64,000 nt of DNA. Origin: Carcharhinus amblyrhynchos (taxonomy: Eukaryota). Location of the stretch: assembly GCA_965287045.1 (NCBI GenBank), contig OZ336875.1, positions 51,398,001 to 51,462,000 of the forward strand. The letters run 5' to 3'. The notes below the pieces were generated by a model that was given only the letters and a program-made list of their open reading frames with translations, did no database searches and was not told where the DNA came from. Shown here piece after piece: positions 1 to 10,872 of the stretch (the first letter of the stretch is position 1; each line of letters opens with the position of its first letter). Position numbers and translations under genes: made by a program.

Positions 1-181
1 TTTTCAAAGAGCTCAACAGCGAGGACAAGGTCCAAATTTGGAGGTACTGATGGAAATCATCAACTGCAAAGCCAAGTAGACGACTGAAAGTCAGAGGTGG
101 CTTTCAGCAGACTCAGCGTTGGAACGATACATGAAGAATTATTCTAAAAAGTGAATTAGACAATGTAGGCAAAGTGTACAA

Positions 182-478
182 GTTTTAAAGTTTATTTATT
201 ATTGTCTCAAGTAGGCTTACATTAACATTGCAATGAAGTTACTGTGAAAAACACCTAGCTGCCACACTCCGGCACCTGTTCAGGTACACTGAGAGTGAAT
301 TTAGCATGGCCAATGCACTTAACCAGAATGCTCTTTGAACCATGGGAGGAAACCAGAGCACCCAAAGGAAACCCATGCAGACACAGGGAGAATGTGCAGG
401 CTCTGCACAGACAGTGTCCCAAGCCAGGTCCCTGATGCTGTAAAGCAGCAATGCTAACCATTGTGCCACCATGCTGCC
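182..478 (-). mobile_element. HE1-type tRNA-derived SINE, tail variant B
   Basis: Reverse strand starts GGCAGCATGGTGGCACAATGGTTAGCATTGCTGC (tRNA A-box head), has the central GGGTTTCCTTTGGGTGCTCTGGTTTCCTCCCA block, and ends GTAACTTCATTGCAATGTTAATGTAAGCCTACTTGAGACAATAATAAATAAAC. Confidence 0.9.
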
Positions 479-564
479 TTATTCAGCTGTTCAAATAAGT
501 AATTGGGTAACATAAATGTAATTCTTAAACAGAAACTATCCAGAAATTTTGGAATCATTTAGTT

Positions 565-860
565 TTATTTTCTCCCCTCTTCTTCTGAAGGCTCACACTT
601 AAAGGCTTTCACAGTTCTCTGGATATGGGCTGCACTGGAATCTCTGTGGCCATTCTTTAGACATGTTGGAGCATGGACAGCAAGAAGATTAAGCCTAATC
701 CATCATTACCTGATGTCCATGCATGCATACTTTTCAACAGAAGCCACTGAATGGAGATGTGGCACAGACATCCTGGCTGCTTGTTCTCCTTCTCATGTCT
801 GTATGGGTCATATAGTTACCAAACAGTGTACTTACAACTGATCTATCATGACAGACTAAC
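565..860 (-). mobile_element. Old degraded SINE-like repeat
   Basis: Reverse strand ends GCCTTCAGAAGAAGAGGGGAGAAAA and contains AAGAATGGCCAC; loosely similar to 16900-17090 and 53785-54090. Confidence 0.5.
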
Positions 861-1566
861 AGGTCTTTCTTACCTTCTAACTGATAAGTAATCAGTGACG
901 CTAATATTAACTAAATTGTTTTCTGACAGAGATATTGAAGTTGCAAAAATGCAAATGGCAAAATGTTTCCTTTTGCCATGCACAATGAAACATTTCAATG
1001 AATAAGACCTTTTCCTTCCCATCTGCTGCACAACAAAGGGGAACAACTGGTGCAATTTTCTTAGTGGTATGCAAACAGAACATCAGTGGACTCTGAATTC
1101 AAATCCTACCCACAGTGCATGGTTAAACTATTCTGTTCTTACTAAGTGTTCTCCGTTTTCAGGTTGGGTGTTAGATTAAACACATGCACCAGCATCATAA
1201 CATTTACTGAAAGAAATATTACTAGGGCTAATCTATCATATAGCTGTATGGCTGGCCTGGCACCAATGATGTGCATGTGGAACTTTTAATCTCCAAAGTA
1301 GTAAGAGTGATGCTGCCTTTAGGCATTGGCTGTGGCTGAAGCTGAGGAGCATCTATTCTCCATTAGTTATTTTGGAATGTATTGCCAAGACCCCAATCTT
1401 TGAAAAGTTTGTTTGTCCCCAGTTGAGTGCAGGATGATCAGTTGGTGTCCAGCGGTGTTTGTCTGCACAAATAGACAGACTTTTCTTTTAATCATTTGCT
1501 CCTGGGATTGCCAAAGTGTTACATTCAGTAACACTTTACATGTGGCATGTCCAGTGAGGACATCAA

Positions 1567-2060
1567 AAGCCACCAGCTTTCGGAGCACTGTTCATTCATC
1601 AGGTGAGTGGGATTTAAGTTCACAAACAGGGCATATAAAGACACAAACTCAATTTACAAAGTAATGGTTGAAATGTAAGTCTTTACAGGCAATCAAGTCT
1701 TGAGGTACAGACAATGTGAATGGAGAGAGGATTAAGCATAGGTTAAAGAGATGTGTATTGTCTCCAGCCAGGACAGTTAGGGAGGTTTTGCAATCCTAGG
1801 CAAGTTGTGGGGATTACAGATAGTGAGATACACACTTTTAAGACTTGATTACCTGTAAAGACTCGCAATCCAACCATTATTTTGTGAACTGAGTTTGTAT
1901 CTTTATATGCCCTGTTTGGGAACTGAAATCCCACTCACCTGATGAAGGACCAGCACTCTGAAAGCTAGTGGCTACCAAATAAACAAACTTATTGGACTTT
2001 AGCCTGGTGTTGTGAGATTTCTTACTGTGTTTACCCCAGTCCAACGCCGGCATCTCTCCA
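1567..2060. mobile_element. Penelope-like element terminal repeats in inverted orientation
   Basis: About 1567-1700 is the imperfect reverse complement of about 1840-1975. Both arms carry CAC-CTGATGA...GAAAGCT. The downstream GGACTTTAGCCTGGTGTTGTGAGA...CCAGTCCAACGCCGGCATCTC matches the flank of the 61 kb hairpin. Confidence 0.8.
1933..1972 (+). ncRNA. Degenerate minimal type I hammerhead ribozyme motif (Penelope-associated)
   Basis: TCAC-CTGATGA-AGGACCAGCACTCT-GAAA-GCTA-GTGG; core intact, stem II decayed. Confidence 0.55.
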
Positions 2061-2075
2061 GTAAGGGCATATCAT

Positions 2076-3194
2076 ATTATGAAGATCCAGTCAATCCTTT
2101 TAAAAATTGGACACAAACAGGCTGTTAAGATGGCTGCCACAAATCATGTGACTTCTGGTGTTTGGACTACAAAGAGCATAGAATTATGGCAAATAGCTAA
2201 TTAAATATGGACATAGGTGATGGTAACAGCCAGCTGTAGTATTCACATATCTCATTGTTTAATGTTAGACACATACTGAAAGACTATGGCGTTTCCAGAC
2301 TGTCTGTTTCCATGTTTCATACTGGACAAAAGGGAAGATTGAAACTTAATAACCACTATCAACTTCCTATTGTATCATGCTGACCTCCCCCATACAAACT
2401 AGATTGGGCAAGCATAGAATATTAACCTGTCAATCATGTAAATGAAACGAGCTCAGGTTATCAGGCAATCAGAGTACTTGACCTGTTCCAGTTTCAAAGC
2501 TCACCTAAGAACCAACCTCCTAGATATTTTGCTACAAGAAAACTCACAACTTACTGTGAACCCTACCCTTTACAGGACCCTCACTTCAACTTTAAATCAT
2601 CAAATCCATTCAAGAAACCACATGCCTGCCACATGAGAGAATGGATCAATTGTAATTTGCATTGTCTTTATCAGTATCAATCTTTGTGTGTGCGTGTGCA
2701 AAATGGAGTGTGTGGTGTGATTCAGGGTAAATACAAGAAGAAATAACCTCCTGTACTTCAAACACATGAAAGATTGCTGCAGAATTATTTAGGAGTCATA
2801 GAATCCCTACAGTGCTGAAGGAGGCCATTTGGTCCATCGAGTCTGCGCTGACCACAATCCCACCCAACCCATATGATTGTAACCCTACGTATTCCCCTTG
2901 CTAGGTCCCTGACATGAGGGGCAATTTAGCATGGCCACTACACCTAACCTGCACATCTTTGGACTTTGGGAGGAAACCAGAGCATTCAGAGGAAACCCAC
3001 ACAGAGACAGAGAGAACATGCAAACTCCCCACACACAGTCACCAAAGGCTTCAGTTGAGCTTGGGTCCCTGGTCTTGTGTGGCAGCAGTGCTAATCAGTG
3101 AGGTGCCCCTAAATTGGAATTAATTAATTGGAATAAACACTCCAAGTGTGAGACAGGCAGTAAGAGAGCAAATGCATTCTGCTCGTGGCATAAC
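2076..3194 (+). mobile_element. Possible degraded solo LTR interrupted by a SINE
   Basis: Begins TATTATG and ends GGCATAAC (decayed TGTTA...TAACA-like termini), with an AATAAA-like motif; weak support. Confidence 0.3.
2793..3108 (-). mobile_element. HE1-type SINE with CR1-derived tail (variant A)
   Basis: Reverse-strand tail GGCCTCCTTCAGCACTGTAGGGATTCTATGAC plus central block and tRNA head. Confidence 0.9.
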
Positions 3195-3594
3195 CTTTAG
3201 CCACTGAGTTATGTGGGAGACCCCCAACCAAAACTGCTGGTGGGGTCAATAACTGACCAAGTTGTTTTCTCATCAGCTGTTATTCCTGGGCACAGTTGAG
3301 TTTTACCCATTAAATGTATGAAATCCCTTCTTACAATAACTGAAGGGATGGAGAGTCTCTGCTTTCCAATGTTGAAGGGAATTACCAGTTTTGGGGATGA
3401 GAGGATTTTAAAAAATTAACAAATGAGGCGTGTCTGAATATTAAATCTGGAGTACATAATTTAGCAATAAAGCATGGAAGTGATTCTCCTTGCTAAGAAG
3501 AATGTTTGAACATTGAAAGGTGTGTTCTTCAAAGTATATTCTTCAATATATGTTTTAAAGAACACACCTATTAATGCTTCGAATGTTGACCTCA

Positions 3595-3641
3595 GGTGGG
3601 ATTTTATAGTTTTGGGCAAACGAGGCTGTAAAATTCCGCCT
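3595..3641. mobile_element. Very short Harbinger-type MITE
   Basis: Termini AGGTGGGATTTTATAG...CTGTAAAATTCCGCCT are inverted repeats. Confidence 0.55.
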
Positions 3642-4047
3642 AGTGGCCCAAAATTTCCTCCTTCGGCTCTGTGAACTACAGTCTTCTAATGGACTGGTTC
3701 TTCATTGCATTTCTATTAGTCATCATCCCCATTGAGTTGACCCTTCTTCCTCTTCTGAAGAACAATGCAGGTGATCAGATGAAAGAAAGCAAAGTTTTGT
3801 GTTAAAGCACTGAGAACCCTGCTGTAAGGAGCAAAGGAAAGACTTCGGAGCTTTGGCAAATATCACATGGGTCATTTGGGAGATATGCTTGTGAGAAGCA
3901 GATTGTAAAACGCCGAAGAAGAAACCAGCAAATCACTGGAATGAGTTGAAGATAAAAAAAATTCAAGGCTGTGATGACCTTGGCAGCTATTGTCAATGTG
4001 TTCCCACCTGGTCTGCAGGGAAAGAGGACTTTTCTCAGGAGACTGTA

Positions 4048-5523
4048 AACATCAGAACATATGAACGTAAGAACTAGAAGCAGGAATAGGCCATCTGACC
4101 CATCAAGGCTACTCCGCCATTTAATAAGATCATGGCTGATCTTTTCGTGGACTCAGCTCCATTTACCCACCCCTTGCCTTAACCCTTTATTCCTTTACTC
4201 TTCAAAAATCCATCTATTTTTGCCTTAAAAACATTCAACAAGGTAGCCTCAACTGCTTCACTAGACAGAGAATTCCACAGATTCACAACCCTTTGGGTGA
4301 AGAAGTTCCTCCTTAACTCCTAAATCTGCTCCCCTGTATTTTGAGGCGATGACCCTGAGTTCTCGTTTCACCTGCCAGTGGAAACAACCTCTCTGCTTCT
4401 ATATAATATATTCCTCTCATAATTTTATATAAACAAAGAACAACACAGCACGGGAAACAGGCCCTTCGGCCCAACGAGCCCGCGCCGCCGTCCCACTGTC
4501 TCAGTGACCTATTCATGATATGTTTCTATAAAATCACCCCCCTCATTCTTCTAAGTTCCAATGAGTACAGTCCTAGTCTATTCAGTCTCTCCTCATAAAT
4601 CATATGTTTCTATAAAATCACCCCCCTCATTCTTCTAAGTTCCAATGAGTACAGTCCTAGTCTATTCAGTCTCTCCTCATAAATCAACCGTTTCAACTCC
4701 AAAATCAACCTAGTGAATCTCCTCTGCACCTCCTTCAGGGCCAGTATACCTTTTCTCAAGTAAGGAGACCAAAACGGTACACAATACACTTGGCCTCACC
4801 AGCACCTTACAGGGCTGCAACATAACCTCCATGTTTTTAAACTCCATCCCTCCAGCAATGAAGGACAAAATTCCATTCATCTTTTTAATTACTTGCTGCA
4901 TCTGCAAAGCAACATTTTGCGATTCATGCATCAGGACACCCAGGTCCCTCTGAACAGCAGTATGCTGCAATGTTTTACCATTTAAATAATAGTACATTTT
5001 GCTGTTATTCCTACTAAAATGGATGACCTCACATTTATCAACATTGTACTCCATCTGCCAGACCCGCGCCCACTCACTTAGGCTATTTATATCCCTTTGC
5101 AGACTTCCAGTGTCTTTTGCACATTTTGCTCTGCTACCCATCTTACTGTCATCTGCGAATTTTGACACACTACATTTAGTCCTCAACTCCAAATCAGTGA
5201 TGTAAATTGTAAACAATTGCAGTCCCAACACTGATCCATGAGGCACACCACTAGTCACTGATCACCAACCAGAAAAACACCCATTTATCCCCACTCTTTT
5301 CTTTCTATTAGTTAACCAATTCTCTATCCAGGCTAATACATTACCAGCAACTCCATGCACCTTTATGTTATGCAGCAGCCTTCTGTAAGAGCACCTTGTC
5401 AAATGCCTTCTGGAAATCCAGATACATCATAACCACCAGCTCCCCATTGTCAACTATGCACACAATGTTCTCAAAGAATTTCAGTAAATTAGTTAAACAT
5501 GACCTGCCTTTCATGAACCTATG
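4048..5523 (-). mobile_element. 5'-truncated decayed CR1 LINE (RT and 3' UTR)
   Basis: ORF fragments SCLTNLLKFFE, YLDFQKAFDKV, TSGVPHGSVLG, KFADDSK, QRDLGVL; CR1 3' microsatellite tail at about 4050-4075. Confidence 0.95.
4518..4685 (+). repeat. Perfect 84-bp tandem duplication inside CR1
   Basis: ATATGTTTCTATAAAATCACCCCCC...CTCATAAATC occurs at 4518-4601 and 4602-4685. Confidence 0.95.
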
Positions 5524-5699
5524 AAAGGTCAGCATTGATCTGCATAAAAACCTAAGTCTCCTGATGCTGTTGCACCATTTCAAGAAAGCTTTCTGTATAC
5601 CGTGTTAGCATTGAGCTGATATTCACATGGTGACAGCAAATCCACATTAATGAGTGTTAGATGTCAGTTGACAGTGAGATTTCTAATTCTATCATCATG

Positions 5700-6649
5700 T
5701 ATCTGAAAGACCTGATATCTCCATCATCAACAACCAGGCATTCCATCACCCTGCCAATCTCCAACGTCTGCTCTTCCTCTGCAGGGTACCCATGAAATAG
5801 GGTACCTCCCTGATTCTCTGTTTCACTTTGGGACTTCTGCTTATTCTTCCAGGAGAAAAAGCAGAGAATTACTAGTGTGAGAATTGGATTGTGTGGAGAG
5901 GATGAATTAACAATGTTTGTAGACAGGGACTGTAAGGTATAGGTGTGAGAATGACAGTATTAGTTGAATAGATGGGGATGTGAGGAGGTGGTTCAAGACA
6001 GAGGAATGAATGAAGCTGCAAGGAATGTAGGTCTGAGCTTTCTGGTACAGGAGAATACTGGCGTAGTCAGAGCATGAGGCTCAGTGCCTGAAAGGGGGAT
6101 GACATTCACCTTTCCAACCTGATCAGGCCTTGAACCACTTGTAGGACAGAATCTAGCTTTGCAGGAGCCTATTTGCTGCTGACTATGTCTGTCACCTGCA
6201 GGCGTGCCTACTTACTCTGTGACACTGGTCCCTTCCTTGTACCCATTGGAAAAGAAAACTCCTCTGTGTTCCCATATAACCTTCAACCAGGTTTCTAGGG
6301 AAAAGCCCAAGAATTGCAAGCAATCTTCACAGATCATACTTCCATTCTTGCCTGAAGAACTCATGTAAAATGCAACCATTCTGATCCCTGCAAGGTTTTG
6401 AAACAGAAATCCATTGATAGTGGCAGGGTGCCATCATACCCACATCCTATGCTTGTTTGGGAAACACCATGTCAGGATGTTCATATTCTGTGGTTAAACA
6501 ACCACAGCAAAACCCACTTTGGTTTTGAGACTCTGAAAAACTGGTTCCCAACCTGCCACAGGTAGCATTTGTTTCTCCTCACCCACCTCTCAACCCATCC
6601 CCTGCAATGTCCCCAGCTGTGAGAGGCTAATTTCATTAAAATCCTGCCC
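5700..6649 (-). mobile_element. PIF/Harbinger remnant with decayed Myb/SANT-like ORF
   Basis: Reverse strand of about 6110-6315 gives broken FSLETxLKVIxEHRGVFF...QVTDIVSS...YKWFKxLIR, resembling Harbinger Myb/SANT; TIR-like AAAATCCTGCCC at 6638-6649. Confidence 0.5.
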
Positions 6650-6689
6650 AACATTTCTACCATTTTCTTATTCTCCATTATAAGTTACC

Positions 6690-6940
6690 CTGTCTCAGCC
6701 TTTAGGGGCCCCACATTTAATTTTACTTTATGCACACTGTCTTCCTTTTTACACACTAGTAGAAGTTCTTACAGTCTCCATTTATACTTTTTATTGATTC
6801 ATTCTCATATTCTAACTTATGTCCCCTCTTTTTCTAACATTTGGTCATTCTTTGCTAGTTTCTCGTAATTCTCAGCCTTATAGCACATGATTATACACCT
6901 CTTCATTTAAACTGATACTATCCTTAAACTTTTAGTTTGA
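6690..6940 (-). mobile_element. Old CR1 ORF2 fragment
   Basis: Reverse strand encodes KLEYEN...DCKNFY*CVKRK...NVGPLKAET. Confidence 0.6.
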
Positions 6941-7699
6941 AATGGGTGGATCACTTTCTGCTTGGTGTTTTTAATATCACAATGCAATATATATTTTGGA
7001 ATAGTAGAAAGGGTGAACTCCCAGTCCTGTACGAAGCCTTGTATTATGTTGCCATGCTCCTTGACATCGAAGGCACTTCACCGAGCCTTGAAGTGTGAAC
7101 ACCCATTGTCTGCAGTCTGGAGCATCCGAGCCATTGTCTCGGTCTTCTGCAGAAGAACTATAGTGCAATCTTGTCCTCTAGTGGGATAGCACCTGTGCTA
7201 TCCTTTACCCGCCTAAGCTATAGCACATTTGTACCCAATGTCTCACTGCACGCTGATTTCCATCTCTTTCCTATGCCCTTATATACACTCAGTATCTGTA
7301 TCTGTGATTGGTGACTGAGATTGTGAAATTGAGTGATCATGTGTCTTCAACTTCACTTATTTTTGCATTCCTTCCTGATTAGGATGCATTTCTGAAAAGA
7401 AAAAGAGACAATTTGGGCTAAGACTTGCATTCCCGATGGTGAGGCCTGTTATGACGAGGCTAGAATTGGGTTGCAATGAGGCAGAAGCTGAAAATAAGAA
7501 GTGTTAGAGTCAGAAATAGGGTGGTAAAAGTGAAGAAACGTGAAGAGAAGTGAAGATCTATCAGTCAATGTGATCAGCTAAAGATCCTCATTGTCTCTCG
7601 CTCTGATCAGTGATATGTCTGATTTCCCCACAGAGGGTGTCACGCTGGATCAGGCAGCCAATGAAAGCAAGTCCATACTCCAATACTCTCCAAAACCTT

Positions 7700-9140
7700 G
7701 TGACAGACTGGTATTCAGCTCCTGAGATTAGAGTACGAGCCACCTCTGAATGACATATTGCAAGATAGACTGATCTGAGGAATTAACAACATGATAGTCC
7801 AAAAAGAATTATTTGCACAACCCAATTTGGATTGAAAGACAGACATTGAGATAACTCTATCATTGGAGAATGCAGAAAAAAGGAGCTCAGGGACCACAGG
7901 GGATGCAGACAGCAGTGTCCTTGATTTGAGGGACAGGCTTCATGCAACATCCATCCTCAAGAGAATTATGGTTTTAGTAAAATATCGCAGATTCCCTTAC
8001 AACAGTGGAGTCCAAGTTGCATCACCACGCAGTTAAGGAATGGTAGAGAAAGCATTCATACTTCTAAGGAGCATAGTCCAGAAGGTTGTTCTTTGTTCTT
8101 GTTCTTTGTGTAGATGCCAGACGATGGACTATTGCAAATGCTGCAGAAAACCACAATTAAGGTAAAATATAAAGACAGTCAAAACACCTGCTGCTTTGAA
8201 AAGAGGCCAAGGCCAGTACCAGACCGTAGCTTGCAGGAATACCCATTACAAGGAACAGGAACAATGCAATTAAATCACATCTCCATTACTAAGGCTGCCC
8301 TCATAATAGTGGAGTTGTTAGTAAATGGCCAATCATTAAAATGGAAATGGATATGGGGGTTGCGGTCTCCATTTATCGGGGAGCAGACTGGTGATCAACT
8401 CCTGAGCTTAGAAGACACAAAGGCCAGGCTGACCACCTACACTAGAGAACTATTACAGATAAAGAGCATTATGGCCACCTTAGTGACTTACAGGCAGCAA
8501 TGAGCTCAACTTCCACTCATCATTGTACAGGGCCAAGGACCTAACCTCATGTGAGAGATTGACCCCAGCACTTCAGGCTGAACTGGTTGGAAATCTTCAG
8601 GCTTTGTACGGGAGGCCGTACAAAGTCATCAACTATGAATCTGTAAGGACAAAGAGAACATTCAAAACTGGCAATTGAGCCCACATGAGGAACTTCAGGG
8701 ATGGCCTCAACTGGGTCCCTGAGATCATAACAGGTAAGACGAGGCCCATGTCTTATAAGATCCAAGTGCAGGGCAACATTGTCAAGAAGCGTCTGAACCA
8801 TCTCAGGAGTATGGATCCTGTGCCAGTATAGGCCTCACTACCAGTCATGAGCACAACCACTACCAGCATTGAGCCATGACTGGAAGTTGACCCCATGCCT
8901 ATCCCTCTGAGGGATGAGGACATGGATTCTGAAATGGAAGTGGAAGAAACCAGTGCCCCAAATGGAGCATGACCTCAGGAAGAATAAGCGTCAGCTGCTT
9001 TATGATGCTCCCTTCAGGAGCGAAGGTTTCACATTCACTTCACACTCCCAGATCCAGTCCTGCCTCCAACCAATCCCAGGCTAATCGCCAAGCTGCGAAA
9101 AAGGACTCCCTATGGCAGGGGTGCTGGAGGAGGAACAGAC
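7700..9140 (+). mobile_element. Internally deleted Ty3/Gypsy remnant (gag, aspartic protease, integrase C-terminus)
   Basis: QDRLI*GINNMIVQKELFAQPNLD (gag); LLVNGQSLKMEMDMGVAVS...LTTYTRELL...LPLIIVQGQGPNL (decayed protease); GPMSYKIQVQGNIVKKRLNHLR (integrase tail); G-rich PPT-like tract 9439-9450 followed by TGTTAT. Confidence 0.8.
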
Positions 9141-9145
9141 TTGAG

Positions 9146-9429
9146 GGACAGCATGGTGGCACAATGATTAGCACTGCTGCCTTACAGCACCAGGGGCTCA
9201 GGCTCCATTCCCGGCTTGGGTCACTGTAAGTGTGGAGTTTGCATGTCCTCCCCATGTCTGGCATGGGTTTCGTCCGAGTGCTCCGGTTTCCTCTCATAGT
9301 CCATGCTAAGTTCTCCCTCAGTATACCCGAACAGGCGCTAGAGTGTGGCGACCAGGGGATTTTCATAGTAACTTCGTAGCAGTATTAATGTAAGCCTACT
9401 TATGACACTAATATATCATCTAAACATAA
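9146..9429 (+). mobile_element. HE1-type SINE, tail variant B, with 7-bp TSD
   Basis: tRNA head and tail B; ACTTGAG at 9139-9145 and 9430-9436. Confidence 0.9.
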
Positions 9430-9859
9430 ACTTGAGCCGGGGGCGGGGGGCATGTTATGATGCCCTTGGGCAGATGGCCAAAAAATCTCTCCCTGAGCCA
9501 TAGGGAAGAGCAGCAGGGGGGATTTAAAACTAGGTGGCTCCACTCAGACCGGCAGTCAAAGGACTCCAGGACTTAATCTGTACACTGTAGCTGCAGAAGC
9601 AGTACTTTGTACATGGTGTAAATGAAGGGTGCTAGTGATGGAAGTCTGGCCTCAGTGACATTATTACACAGATCATTCTTGACCACAGCAAGGGGGAGGG
9701 ATCCCAGACTGGAGGAGAGGTCCCAATGCCTGGAGTTATCCAAATTTGAGGAGGATGCCTCCAAGTTGATGGTTGAAGATAGATGTAATTCACTTGGGGA
9801 AGGCGAGATGATCTAGCAAGGGATACCCTTTTTGAAGTGTTAGATTGTGTGGGTTGCAA

Positions 9860-10872
9860 CAGCCCACGATGGTGCAGGACAGCCTCTGTGGAAAGTAACG
9901 CACAGCCGCATCTGACTGCAATGGGCCTGCTCGATGATAGATCATGTTGAGTTATGCACACGTTGCGTCACTCCTGTGAAGCACTCAGATGACATGAGCT
10001 ATCATTTGAGAAGGTACCCTTATCCAAGCAGCCAGCCCTGCAGTTGCTGAGGCCCTTCAAATATGTGAGGCACCTGAGTGTGATTCAGGATTTATGAATC
10101 ATGTGATCTCCCAGGGTACCATGATATGCTTCTGCTGATCCCACATCAGTTGAACTCTCAGGGAGTGGAACCCTTTCCTGTTCATGAACATCAGGGGCTT
10201 TCAAAGCCACATTTGCGCAATTAGTTGCACCCAAACTCTGGGGAAGCCCGAGACAGCTGCCAACCCATGAAACCTAGCAGACTGTCTAGTTTCATAGGCA
10301 CCTTACGATGTGCACAATATAGGGGCATCTGTCACCTCCTTGATACATATGTGCTGAGGGCTGTGAGATTCTGCAATAACCTCCTGTGGATCCCTGGAAT
10401 GTTACTCAGGCATCACGAGTGTGGCAGTGACGTTCAGGGGTTTCCTGCATGCACCCCCCTTCTGCATGTACCCCCTTAGATGTGTCCCAAACCAGTGTCC
10501 CCTTGGATGTACCCCCTTGGCATTGCCCCATGATTTGATTTGATTTACTATTGTCACATGTATTGGGATACAGTGGAAAGCATTGTTTCTTGCGCACTAT
10601 GCAGACAAAGCATATCGTTCACCATAATCGGCTTTGCTCCTTGAAAACCAGCATACCACCGTGATGTCAGACTGCGGGGGGTGGGGGAAGGATGTGTTGT
10701 GGGCAGATGCTATGGTGTCAAGCCCTTTAATGATTACATCACCAGCAGGGGACAGGGAAAATCTCAAATTGTGATTTCACTGGCATAAATATCATTTTTG
10801 GCTGCTTGTGAGATTTAGTGGCTATCACAGGATTTGCCCCCACAGCGAACAGGGCCACTAAATTGCGGCCAA
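9860..10872 (-). mobile_element. PIF/Harbinger transposase fossil (HARBI1-like DDE)
   Basis: Reverse strand of about 9870-10290 gives SGFPRV-GATNCANVALKAP, FMNRKGFHSLRVQL, YPGRSHDS, QGWLL-DKGY; TIR-like AAATTGCGGCC near 10870. Confidence 0.8.
10531..10622 (-). mobile_element. Rex1/Babar LINE 3' end fragment
   Basis: Reverse strand CACTGTATCCCAATACATGTGACAATAGTAAATCAAATCAAATCA; same end as the RT-bearing copies at 18.5 and 59.5 kb. Confidence 0.75.

Noticed and set aside
239-472. Recurring short ORFs such as MVAQWLALL.../GHCLCGVCTFS
   Set aside because: They are translations of HE1-type SINE copies, not genes.
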